From Nageia nagi (lineage: Eukaryota; Plantae; Pinophyta), in NCBI GenBank assembly GCA_050084985.1, contig JBITNC010000001.1, positions 64,418,001 through 64,482,000 on the forward strand: a DNA stretch of 64,000 nucleotides. The letters are read 5' to 3'. Position numbers and translations under genes: made by a program. Of the stretch, positions 14,601 through 28,500 are shown piece by piece. How positions within the stretch are numbered: the stretch's first letter is position 1; the number at the start of each line of letters is the position of its first letter. Below the pieces are notes generated by a model, which had not been told where the DNA came from, did not search any database, and saw only the letters and a program-made list of their open reading frames with translations.

Positions 14601-17600
14601 ACGGATACGCTACACTCCGTCTTGGAGCGCCAGTGCTTTCAGATAGACTTCCAGGACATCCCTTTGAAGATACGCTTGTTTGATACCCTCATCACACCTA
14701 CCGTTCTCTATGGTTCGGAGGTTTGGGGTCCTAGCTCTGGGCAAGTTGAATGGTCACATATTGAGAGAGTTCAGACCATCATGCTCTGGCGTATGATTCG
14801 CTGTAAGCGGACAGTTCCACAGTGCATTGTTCAGAGTGGGTTTGTCATCCTCTCGCTTCTTCTTGAGACCATATTTAGGCTTGGGTCCTTCATACATAAG
14901 ACTCAGACAGTTTGGCGACTCTACCATTGGCCGTGAGAGTTATCCTTTTCTTGCTTTATACTCATCAGAGAGGATTGCATCACTTGGCACTATTAGGCTC
15001 AGACGGTGTTGGTATTCTGAGGTTGATCTGATACAACAATCGGTGGGCATTTTGATCGATCGGCTCCCATCCTTCAGCCCCATGCTGGCTACCCTACGAC
15101 CCTCAAGGGTGACGCTCCATCGATCTATTAGAGAGGATATCTATTGCCACTATATTTGGGTCACTTGGATCTCTCCCTCGCATCCTCTCAGCCCGAATCT
15201 GGCTTTCTATGCCTAGCATTTTTTGTAGCTCATTGATGGCCTCATTGTCATGTCGACCTACCTCTAACACCAGTGGTCTTCAAGGTTGAGGGTTCCTCTC
15301 AGCAAACTTAGAGTTTGCTCACACCAACTTCGTATCGAGACTGACCATCATATTCCTTAGACGGATAGGACCTGTTGACTTTGTTCTCTCTAGGAGGTAG
15401 AGAACGAGGACCACCTGATCTATGTCCCATCTACTATGAGATCCGGCGGCGATATTTCTGCTTGTTCAGAGATTCTCGGGGCTCGGTATCCACCTTCTTG
15501 CGCTACCTTGACCAGAGATGTCTAGCACTCTTCGTGCATGAGATTACTCTTTTCAAGCGAGCATCCCTACATAGATCTGTGAAGGCCCCTCAAACCACCA
15601 AGTTGATCAGTTCTTTCTTCTAGTCTACCTTGAGTCTCACGGATAGGAAACACCCTCTAGATGATACTCTTCCACATACACACGAGCTCAGATCGACATG
15701 ACGTTGTCTTGCCCCTCGAACCGCTATTAGACAGTCTCAGCTCGGACGATAGATGTACATCATTGGCTTTCTCTCCTCCACGGGTGATCCTTTAGTATTA
15801 GATGTTGAGAGAGACTCACGAGCCTTGCTTAGCCCCTCCAGTTCAGGGCCCTCTATACCTAGAGGGATCGGATCTACATGTGATGATTGAGGATGTTGGT
15901 CTTTTTTTTTTTGTTTTGGGTTTTCGATGTAATGTAGCATAGCTTTAGTGCTTCTTGCTTTTACTTTTTCAGTTTCTGGGGTTTCTCACACTCGCATTCC
16001 CTACATTTAGCTAGATTGTACTTTTCGAGTCCTATTGATGTATTTTGGTCACTCGAGGACATTAATATTATTTCTATTTATTTCTCTTGGATTGGTTAAG
16101 AAATCTTGTTCAATTCAATCAAGTCTTTGAAATAAATGACTGTTGTCCAATCATTCCAAAGATGAGTAAGAAGTGGAGCAGGACCAATGCAATCAAATGG
16201 ACTAAGCATGAGTGAGGGTGAATGGTTTTGAACAAAAGGTCTAGGAAGATGTCTTAAGAGAAAAGTCAATTCAAAATACTAAACATTTAACATGCAAGTA
16301 ATGGATTAGCAACAATTCAAACTCTTTAGAAAATTTTGCAACAATTCTCCTAAAACTCGTGAGCTTTCAAAGAGAAGGCACGAAAATATTCGAATTACAG
16401 AAATTACTCTTAAAGGATCAATCCACCACTCCTGAAAATACGCTTTGAATCAATTTTTAGCCACTTGTATTATGTTTGCAAAACAGTTATGCATGAGTAC
16501 ATCAATTTGGTCCTCAATTACAAAAAATTTCAGTTTTCATGAAAATTGGCCTTTTCTTGGACTTGAACATTCTAACCCAAAATGAGACCCCCTTTGGTCT
16601 ATTTATAGAGTTTTTGGAGCTCACTTTTGGGTGTTGCCCTAATGAAATTGAAATGCAAACGAAATTTCATTTGAAGTGGTAGGAGATATCATTCATCCTT
16701 TAAACCATTTCTAGTGTATATACATGAAAATAGACTCTTTCACGAAGGATCTTGTAGATTTTGAGCCAATTCGGGATCTTCACCATCTTTGAGTACCCTT
16801 TTTGCTGAAATGTGGATTTCACTATTGATTTGAGCGATCTTGGCAAGCTTTTGAGCATTTGGTGAGGATTTTTTGAACTTTTAGATTTTTTTAATCTAAA
16901 ATGTGGAAAATGACGGGGGGAGGGGGCGAAATTTATAAATTTTTTAAAAAGTACCCGGATGGATCTTATATTGCCATGGATGGATGGGAGATGGATCTTG
17001 GAGGTTTTTGAGATTGATTTGGAGGTTTTTGGAGCTTGGGCTTAAAATTTGGGTTTTTGAGCAATTTTAGAAAAAATTGGCTTAAGTGACCAAAAATAGT
17101 GCTCAAATTTGGCCGAAAGCTCATGTTTGGTGCTCAAAAGTGCTTTTGGTGCACTAGATGAAAGTTTTGATTCAGATTTTGTTATGTCACATTAGTAACC
17201 TTAAATGTTTTTTGGTCCTTGACAATTGGACATTTGGTATGTAATACAAAACTCTACAATTTCTTTGATATGCAATGTTGGATATTTTATGTGTTATTCT
17301 ATATGGAATGTTGTCTATTTGATATGCAATGTTGAGATATAGCTAAATCAATTTGTTTCAATGTCAAATAGGAGAAATTCCTTCATTTTTTCTCTATGTC
17401 GATTTTATCCTATTTTTTTGCCGATTTTTTAAAAATTCCGAATCTTGCAGCTAAATGATTCCGATCTGATTTCAATTTTCACAACTATGTTGTTAGCAAC
17501 AAAAGGGGGAGACAATAGGTACTCTAGGATTACTTCAGCCTCTTCCCATACGAATGCAAACTTGGATTGATATATCAATGGACTTCATTGAGGGCCTCCC

Positions 17601-19447
17601 AATGTCATATGGGAAATCTGTCACCATGGTTGTGGTGGATCGAATGTCCAAGTATGCACAACCAATTCATTGGGTTAAATGGCTTCCTTTGGTAGAATGG
17701 TGGTATAATACTTCATATCATATTGCAATCAGGATGACACCTTATGAAGTTTTGATGACACCTTATGAAGTTTTGTATGATCAAGCACCACCCATGATGG
17801 CCTCTTATATTTCTAGGAGTGCCAATGTTCAAGCAAGTTGACATCGAATTAACCAATTGGGGGGCTATCCTACGCCTTCTTAAGGAGAAGTTGTAGACAA
17901 CTCAATACTGAATGAAACAACAAGTTGATTAGCAACGTGTTGAACGGGAATTTCAAGGAGACATGGTTTTCCTACGGCTTCAACCATATTGTCAAAAATA
18001 CTCAAGATAAAGGGACCCCAAAAGTTAGCTTCTAAGTCTTATGGGCCTTACAAAATTCTCCAATGCATTGGACCAACAACAAACAAGTTGGAGTTACCTG
18101 AATCTTCAAAAGTTCATCTAGTATTCCATGTCTCTTGTCACAAAAAGGTACTAGGTTCACAGGCAAAAGTTTAGACATAGTTACCCACATTCACAGGGAT
18201 GACTCTATAATAGCTGAACTTGAAGCAATTGTAGAACGATGCACCCATCAACTTCGTAACCACACCATTACTGAAGTTCTTATCCAATGGCACAGATTGG
18301 CACTTGAGGATGTGACTTGGGAGGTACTTCATCAATTGCAACAACAATTTTCCCACTTTCAGCTTTGAGAAAAAAGTTCTTTTCCAAGTGGGGTGGCATG
18401 TTAGGATCCCCTATCCTAACATTTAATTATTATTAGTAGTTAATTAACTATTGGCCTGTAATGTGAACCATCATATCATCATATTTTTGTAAGGCGAATC
18501 ACCATTTTGTAATGAACCATCAATTAGGGTTAGGATAGCATCACTATAAAGATGTGTAAGATGGGTATAAATATCATCTTGGAGAAATATTTGTCTTTTG
18601 AGTTGTAAGGAAGAAGCCCCTCGAAGCGGCTTGTTATTTGTATTGCCATTCAATATAGTTATCTTATTTTGTTATCTTCTTGCAATTCCGAATCGCATCA
18701 CTTAGATATATTGTCTGTTAAATTATGAAGCTGGTGTTATTCTATATTTTGTTTCTATACATTACTGATTTTCAGTAAAAATTTACATTACTCATAACAT
18801 ATTGAAGTTGAACCTTCTAACCTTGAAGCAGTTAGCGATGAAGTATGGGTTGATGCTATGAATGAGGAAATGGAATTAATTTGTAAAAATCATGCTTAGG
18901 AATAGGTTGAGTTTCCCGAAGTATGGGTTGATGCTATGAATGAGGAAATGGAATTAATTTGTAAAAATCATGCTTAGGAATAGGTTGAGTTTCCCAAGAG
19001 GAATAAAGTTGTAGATGCTACAAAGATATACAAATTTAAGCACCATTTTGATGATCAAATGAGAGACACAAAGCTAGGTTTGTTGCCGAAGGGTATGCAC
19101 AACAGCTGTGTGTTCATTATTTTTAAACTGTTGCACCAGTATCTAGACTTGACACAATCAGAAGTTTTTTAGCTGTGGCTGCTTAACACAAATGGGTTGT
19201 GAATCAGAAGGATGTAAAATCGGTCTTTCTCGATGGTTATATAAATGAAAAAGCCTATGCAGGGGAGCTGCCTGGCTAATAGGTTAGGTGAAGGAGACAT
19301 TGGTCTATAGGCTCAAGAAACAATATATGGGCTAAAACAAGCACCTAGAGCATACAATGCTAGAATCAATAGTTGTTAAACTTAAAATGAAGATTCTGGT
19401 TTTTTCTAAAGAAGAAATACTTGTTCCTTAAGACACTACATTGACAC

Positions 19448-19512
<65 letters not shown>

Positions 19513-22500
19513 TATATTATGTGTGTGTACGATGACATAAATGGAAACCTTGAATTTTGCTGCTTTGTGGGGTTACAGGGATACTAGTTCCTATGTAATA
19601 TGAGCTCATAAACTGGGATATGAATTGTGAAAAGGAAAAGTTAGTTTATGCTTTATACTTTGTCAGGGATAATAAATCTCTGAAAGAATTGAAAGGCTTT
19701 AGATTTGCTCTTTTCAAGTTCAATTTTTCCTATGTAGCAAAATATTGAAAATCTATTAAAACAATATTTGATATATTTGAACTTTGGTTTCCAGGTACAG
19801 GATTTGATATACCATGTAGAATTGGCCAAAGGTGCTTACATGAAAGATGCTGCAGGTCTAGCACGCAATAGCATGCTTCGAGAAAGTAATATTTTGAAGT
19901 TTGTAAGCAAATCAAATGTGATGCGACCTGGATATTACATTGGAGTTGACACCCGCAATAAGTTGGTTATACTAGGCATTCGTGGAACGCATACAGTCCA
20001 TGACCTTATAACTGATATGGTCTCTCTGAGCAACCAGGAAGTCTCGTTTGATGGCTTCCACGTTCATTTTGGAACAGTTGAAGCTGCACGTTGGTTCTTG
20101 TGCAATGAATTGGAGACTTTAAGGAACTGTCTAAAAATGCACGAGGTGAGAATTGATCAAAACTATATGCGAAGTTCATTCAAATGCATACTGTAAACAC
20201 ATTTCATTTTCTTGTTAATAATATTTGCTATAAAGACCATATTATATTTTCACCATATGTGAAGTTCATTCAAATGCATACTGCAAACACATTTCATTTT
20301 CTCGTTAAGAGTATTTTCTATAAAGAGATATTATTTTATGGTCCACATGACTGACCAATGAAGTCCTTTGTGCTAATTCAGTAAAGAACCCACTCAAGGC
20401 CACCTTTATACTTTAATTCTCAAAATATATGTCATTCTTCATGTTTTTAAAGTTATCGTCCTTTCTAGTTTGGACCCTAATATCATTACAGGGTTTTCAA
20501 TTAAGATTGGTTGGGCATTCTCTTGGAGGAGCTGCAGTGGCATTGTTAGCGATAATGCTTCGGAAAAGATCAGAAAAAGAGCTAGGTTTCAGCCCTGATA
20601 TTGTATCTGCTGTAGGAATTGCAACACCACCTTGTGTCTCACAGACACTTGCTGAGAGTTGTCTTGACTTTGTGACCACCGTAGTACTTCAGGTATAATT
20701 ATGTTTCTATAATTAGTAATTGGAATCTAAAATTCCTGGTTGAATCTGAAAAAGAAATCACCTGAATTGTATAATATATATGTATGTTTTCTAGGATGAC
20801 GCTATTCCACGCATGAGTGGGGCATCACTAGCAAGGTTGCGCAATGAAATCCTTCTTACTGATTGGTAACCAGATTATAACCTTTCATTTTGATAAATTT
20901 TCTTGTTTTTATATGAACAAAATTTGGCAGTTTCACATTATCAGAACACAGATGTAGTGAGAACAGTCCTCCATCAGCTTGTATGCATCCTGCAGGCAGA
21001 GATACCTTTTTTGAAAAATTGGAAGATAAAATCTGGTGTGTCCTAGTATCTGTTAGAGTTTTAACAAGCTTTCTTCAATGTTCTTTTGCTGTGGTACATG
21101 TGTTTTTGATTTTAATGTTCACTCCTAATGAAGTTGGCGCTTTACTTTAAATGCATGCATAAATTCATGTTTTTGAAAATACGAGGATTTACAATGATGC
21201 AATGGATAAAAGTATCAGGGGCAACTTTAAGGAATACACAAAAAACAAGTTATATAAAGACTGCTGAACCTCTCGAAAAGGCCATTGAAGAGTTCAGTGA
21301 ATGGAGAGACATTTGAACACAATTATATAGATTGACACAATCTACCATCCTTCCCTGGATTATTGTGTAAACTATCGGCTAATCTTTTGTTTAGCAAAAA
21401 CTTTTTACGTGTACAATCTGCATCATTTCCAATGAACTTTATTATCTTTGTTCTTATGTACATACTCTCAGAGTCTGCACTGAAATGTGTTTATACTTTA
21501 CACAATACTTTAACCATGAGATTTCAGCTGCAAGTATTAAATATTCGATGAATATTTTACCTGTGGGATTGAGATTTTACATCTTGATGAAATGGTTGAA
21601 AATATTGAATAGCTAATGTTTTAACTACCTGATATAAAATGTTCTGAGTTTTATGGCCTTGGAAGACAAGTAAAATATTTAAGGCTTGGCTTGTAAAATT
21701 TCAAACCATTATTGATTGTGGATCTTGTACAAATCAACATATGTAAGTCCAGAGTTCCTTGAAACATGAATTCTGTGATGAACCAACCATTAAAATAATA
21801 AAGATAACAATCATATTCTGTAAATTTTTCCAAATAATTCAATAGTTCTTTACAATGATCACCACAAAGATATCAAAATGTATAAAGAATACAAGAAAGT
21901 ACACAACGAATATTTGAGAACCCTTAAGGTAAGGAAACAACTTAAGATATCCCCTAAGAAACGACTCAATTGCTGCTTCACAATGGAATGCTTCTAAGAA
22001 GAGAAGTACAAGTTTTTAAATGTAGTTTTCATGATGACATTTTTTTTTTATTCAAGTAGAAAAGTGGGTTTTGAAAGGCACCCCTCAACCTTTTACAAAC
22101 TGAGTGAAAGTGCAAGTGGATTTTGAAAGGAACCCAAGAAACCTTTCACAATCAACCTAACAAATTTCCAAGAACGTTCAAAGTTGTGATAGAAAACTCT
22201 TAGCAGGTCATCCTATCTTCGAAGACAGAGCTCCAAAATCTTCAAAGAGGAGTATCACTACTAGAGATGAGTCTGTAGGAGATCTACCTCTAACAAGAGG
22301 CACCTACTAGTTCCTACGGAAAAAAATGGTACTGGAGTCCCCATAGGACCTTTCTCCATAGAAGGGCTAGGAAGAGGGGACCCTTCTAGTGCATTCCTAC
22401 CTCCACCTAGAGATTTTTGAAAATAGCAGAAAATATGAAACACGAACAACAATATTCTATGAGTGTGCTGACATTTACAACAAGGTCACAAACCAAGGAA

Positions 22501-25500
22501 AAAATCCCTCCTTCTGCCCTCACACTACCCAGGATTACACTAGACAAGGCTACAATTGCTTGCAGGTCCAGAAGTTCATTCAAACACTTTATAGTGCCTA
22601 CTTTGTTGCCAATGTGGAACATCAACAGTATTCTGTCCATGCCCTTCCACATTTGCAATGAAAAAGGGGGAACCTCAGAAGTCCTTTCCTATTTATCTCA
22701 CTCAGGTCCATAACCCATAAGAGCTATCTGCCTCCAAGAAGATGACCTTCACTTCTCTACCATGTCCTAGAGAATCGTCGTCCAAATACCAACCAACATT
22801 GACACCCCCTAGGGTTTCCATTGTAGGTATTCCTTGGCCATTAGCATTGGTCATGATCTGCCTATGGTCCATGGAGCCCCTTCTCCCACCTTTCACCTTT
22901 CACTGGAGATCTGTTGTTTAGATGCCAACCATTGACATCAATAAGGGTTCCCCCCGTTGGTTCTCTAGGTGGGGTCTCCAACTCACTTTTCTCTTGCTCA
23001 GCTCTAGCCTTCCTCAATGGCTTCTCCATTGACTTCATGTCCTCTTCTCCCCCTCCAAAGTCACCATTGTCATCACCGATTGCAAGATTTGCACCCCTCA
23101 TCTGCTCATGAGAAACCTCTCCTTTCTTCACAACCGTTGTAGGTGTTGCTAGGGTTTCACTATCTTTCAAACGACACTTGCTCCTGCTGTACCTCTCCAA
23201 CCTTAGTTCTTCAGCCGAGCAGCCCAACCACTGTCTCCTCCACTTGCCCTTTCCCTCATCCTCATGCTCGTTGCACCATCACCAAAATTTTTTCCCTCTT
23301 CAAGGCTAGAGCCTACACCAATGTCTCTTCCTTTGCAGGCAAGATCTCTTTTTCTACCTTCACCTCCTCAATCTTCCAAGAGATCCCCAACAACACTTCC
23401 ACCTCCATCACCAAGGTCTCCTTTGAAATCCATGCCCTTTCCATCACTAGAATATCTTCCTTCAAGCGCTAGCTCACGCTCTCCATCAGCACCCTGTAGA
23501 TCGCCATCATTGCCTCTACCTTTGCCTTCATGGTCGCAATCACTTTTATAACTAATTGCCAACTGTGTTGTCCTAAAAGTATAACTTAGCTATGACACAT
23601 AGTTTATTAATTTGGATTCTGGAAAAATTTGGCTAGGGGCCAAATTTTAAATTTGGAAAATGTACGGAAAATTCGGGTAAAAAACACTAAAAATACTATA
23701 GAAGGCAAAGACTTTTAAAATTTTGATAAAATTTGAGGCCTCTGAAAATTCGCAGACATTCGGCAAATTTGTGAATATTAAGAGAATTTGTATACTATTG
23801 CATCATATAGATTGCCATGTTTTTCATGTGATGTTACAATGATAGCTCTCTTCTATTTATATATCTACCGAATAATATTATCATATTTAGTAAATCTCCT
23901 AAAGATATATGCCACAAGTTGGCCATTTGTTATCTCCTTACATTATATCCCTGTATACAATACAACATGGGCCTCTCTTTACACACTACAATATTACATT
24001 TTCATACTCCTAATGTTCCTTTCCTGTCTATTTACTATAACTTACTAAAATGTTATAACAATTTCTTCAACAAGGGCACCAGCAATAGTAGACTGCCCAG
24101 TTAACCTTGTTAACGTGTTTAAAATATTACCAAAGTAGACTTTTGGACTTTTTACTGGTGCTGAGGAATTATTTTATCACTAAGGCAAAGCCTTAGAATT
24201 ATTCAGTTCATTACATATCATTGATTATCCTCAACAGATAATTGACTTTGGGATGGCGATTCTCCTTCAAAAGGGCATCTCCAATCAGCAAGCACGAACC
24301 TAGCAGTGCTGATATGACATTCAATTGGCCCCATTTGTCTTTTCCTTGGCTGAAGCTACAATATTAAGTCGCCATCAGGCTCTATTTCATTTCAAAGGCA
24401 GGAAGCATAATAAGACAATGGACGACATGAAGTGGACAAGATATGAGCTGATGATGGCTATAAATTTGGCAAATTTTCTTGTCCAAACTTCTCCCCAAAA
24501 ATGGCACCAGGTTTGCCACACATGTTTTGCTCATATCAGCCATATTAAAGTCCTTCCGTTGGATCATATGCAATGGGCCCCACCTTTTATAAAAGTATTC
24601 AGGCTTGATTTTGAAACAACTGTTAGACATGTTCAATCTGATGAATAACACCTCTTCATCAGTATGATTTCATTACTGTAACTCTACAAAATCTTATGGA
24701 CTTCATCATTAAGTGTTACAACAATCAAACGCAGTAACGTGTAAAGTCTTATATAAAATGTACCATCAGAATTTAAGGGAGACTGTTACAATTTACACTC
24801 TTCAGAACAAAATCAGACAGAGCCTAAGGTATGAATGAAATCACTACCAGCCCCATGATAATGTAAGAAGTATACCCATACAAATCAACTATAGCAAATT
24901 CCTTGGAACTTGAACTCCTTCAAAAAGAATGCAATCAATAGAAGTGTCAAGTGTGATGTCCCCAATTTTGAGAGATCTTATAAAAGGTATAACTTTGGCC
25001 ACAAGCCTTGGATTGCTGATTCATCTTTTGGAATGGATAAAATATCTTCTGCCATTTGTTTTGATAGGTAGGAAACAAAAGAGATGTTGCATTTTGAAAT
25101 TCGCCACTTGGGCCAGATTTCTACAATAGCGCACGTACAAAAATTCACAATTCTCTTTGATTTGACCACTATGAGTGGGACATCCTTCCTAAGGATGTGT
25201 AATTGTAATTTAGTGTATTTAGGAGTGTTTATTGTGTCTAGGAGTAAGTTAATGTTGTGTCGTGTTCTAGAGTCTTTGGGGATCTCAAGGATTGGAGATT
25301 TGTGATTCCAAGGAGCAATTGTGAGCCCCAATATGGGATGTCTCCCTCCTTGACGAAGTTGGGTGTGGTTACTTGCATTTAGATGTGTTTCTTGCATGTT
25401 TTCAATTGTAATGAGATTATGTGGACCACAAGGTGAGATTGAGGAGATCTCAAGGCCAAACTGTGAGCCCTTGGATGGGATGTCTAGCCTTGTGTGATTC

Positions 25501-28500
25501 CAAGGTGGGATCTGGATCTCAAATGGGGCATCCATCTATAAGAAGAAGGAGCGGGTCTCTTCACAGGAATCATTGGCTTATTCATCATTTATCTTCTCTT
25601 GGAGACCTGTTGTGGAGTCCAACCTATTCCTCTTGTACCAAGAGAGAGTTTAGAGGAGCAGAGATGCCTCTAGATCTTTGACTAAGGACCACACCCCTTA
25701 TTCCATCTAGTGGGATTCCAAGGCTGCATTTCTTTCTTTATTCTAGGCGTGGGAGAGCTCCTTCAGTGGTGCATCAAGGTTGGAGGGAGTGTTGCTTGTC
25801 TAATTTCATCTCAGATCTGGGGGTTAGATGCCCTAACAGTGTGACATCAACCTTCTTGGTGGATTTTGAGTTCGTGGCACATCACATTTGGCCCTTTGAG
25901 CTAGACGTCCAGCCCTTTGGGCCATTGTACCTGCATTTTTATATCAATATAATTCAGATCTGCATTTTTCTTGGTCTCATAGAATTCTTGTTGAAGTTCA
26001 TTACATGTTTGAAATTGGAATTGCTAAATTTTGAGTAAAATAATATTTTTATTGATTGGGGACATTACAATGGTATCTGAGCTTAGATCTTGCTAGCTTG
26101 GGGGTCAAAGAGTTTGTTCAGCAAGATTGTGTTGCCCTATGGATGCTTGCATTGAGATTTTGTAGGTTTGTAGTATTTAATTTCAGATCTGAGTTTCGAC
26201 ATGTAGAAGATTCAATTTTCAATTACAAACCATGGCACCATTGGGTGAAAGAGAGTTGGTTGAAAGGCTTACTAACGCGGGAGGGAAGCTTGGACTTCTA
26301 TTTCAGTCAAAGGAGGCTCTCCTTTGCACATTTGCAGAAAAAGAAGATTGTTTGCACATGGTGGATCAACCACATTCTAAGATGTTAGAAGCTGCTATGA
26401 TTCTGGTGATGAAGTCTTTGGGCAAGCATGAATGGTTGAGGTGCACAAATACGGAGGTTAGAATCATGGTTACTTCTTGTTTGAGTGAGATCTTGAGAAT
26501 TTCGGCACCTAAAGCTCCTTATGATGATAACACATTGCGAACAATAATGGGGCTATCGGTTGATAGTTTCAAAAGATTGGAAGATGTTACAAGTCCTCAT
26601 TTTTCCAGGAGAGTTGCCATTCGTGAATCATTTGCGAAAACAACAATAGGCAACATCTTGTTATATTTGAACATGGAAGAGTTGATTTACAAAATGATTC
26701 ATAATTTCATTGCTAGAGCTAGGGAATAACATGCTATTAATGTTATTGGAGCCATGAGAAACATTATGATTCTAGTCATAAATGAAAATGATGAGATTTT
26801 CCAGCCACTCTTATCTATGTTATTGGACGTTTGGAGACAAGATTTGATTGCTTCTACTGCTGCACACAAATTGGTTAACAGTGTTGTTAAACTGTGTGAG
26901 AAAAAATTGAAACCCCAGTGAGGAGATTAGGGAAGAAGAGGAGATCATGATAGAAATTGCACGAAACTGCCAAAGAAGAGCTTGCAAATCTAGAGAAGGC
27001 TTCAGTGGAAAATTTTGAAGCTGTGCCTTCTCAAAAAGAAGAAGGATTCAACTCGGAAATGGGTGAAGGATAATTTACCTTGCCACTCGAGGTATGTATG
27101 GCAAAGTTCCAAAATGTTTCTCATGAATATGATGACCCTAGTAGAATGCATGCAAATGACAAAATTGTTGAAGAAGAGCATAATGAGGGCGTACACTAAA
27201 GTTTCCAAATCTGATTTCAGTAATAATAGTTCAGTTGGATTTTGGTTTGACTTCCAAACCCAATCTATGAATAAAAGTGTTCACAATAGTTTCAGGTTGT
27301 TTGGTTTGGAAAATGATTTGTGTGGAGAGACAATCACTCATGGGGAGCACAATAGGCCGTGGGATCCGGGGGCATTGATACCTGCATATAATGCAGTACT
27401 AGGAAGAGATGCCTACCTTCTAGGACATCAATTGTGCCCTTTTGAGACTGGGAACAACCATGAAGGCAATGCAAAAAGGTACAAACTCAGTTCTGATTCT
27501 TGTATGTATCATAACAACAGTTTGTTTAATTGGCATAGGTTTGTCATTTATGTGAATTGTTTGGGGAGACAAGCATTGTTGGCTGCTTAAGAGGGGTGCA
27601 AGTTGAAAAGCTCTTGATAATCTATTCTTATGAAAGAGACCTGTCTTTGGGTTATTTCTATACATCCCGTATGACTGGATCTTGGGTGATGACTGAGACA
27701 GCAGATGGGGTGACGTTTGGGACAGCAGATTTGCTGAAGGAAATAGCATACTACATGTTGTTTGAGGCTGAGTTTTGTTTGACTAAAGAAACTGCTGTTA
27801 TTGCATTGTTTGAGATGTTTGGGGCAGCTTTTTCGAAAGTATTTGAGGCTGCAATAAGGACTGATGCTGCACCTTTCATGGTGAATGGGTCTGCATTGGA
27901 GGCTGCGATTGACATAAGGTCTGAGTATTTCATGACTGCTGTGTTTGGTTTGAATCGTGCTGCTGCTGATATCTTTTTTGAGAACTCACCTTTTGTAACT
28001 TTCGGGGTAGTATTTTTGAGGACATTTGAGTCTGCATTACTGGTAATGTTGGTTGCATTTCTGATGGGACTGCATTTTTGATGGGACTACACTTCTGCTG
28101 ACTGGTACTGCTATAGCTACAATTTTGGTGATACTGGCAGCTGCAGTTCTATTGCAGTTTAGGACTGCACCCTTTGTGATGTTCAAGGTTGTGTTGTCTA
28201 TGAAAGTGGCTACTACAGCTGCATCCTTGGTGATGATTACAGTCATGTTTCCATTGATGATTGAGGCTGCATTTTTCATGATAAAGAAGGATGCAAACAA
28301 GATGAAGAAAACTCCCATGGTGAGAGGTATCCTATGTAGAGCAACAATTTGGATGACAACTACATTCTTCATGATGACAAGGGTTGTTATGACTGCGTTT
28401 TCCATGAGATCCGAGGTTGCAATAATGATGATGTTTGAGGTTGCAACTCCACCCAGTCCTGTTTGTGAAAGAGAAGTTTTTGTGCCTAAATACAGTCATG

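Noticed and set aside
13550-17489. Large TIR element ending ...TTTTCACAACTATG at 17489 and hosting the LINE
   Set aside because: Only one convincing terminus; the candidate left end (~13554) and TSD are too degenerate.
23598-23800. Possible CATAG-type MITE
   Set aside because: The right terminus is degenerate and no TSD was found.
26232-26921. PDS5 ORF as a resident host gene or an exon of the lipase gene
   Set aside because: It is intronless, has an in-frame stop, and lies between PBS and PPT of a TSD-flanked LTR pair; the lipase frame is complete without it.
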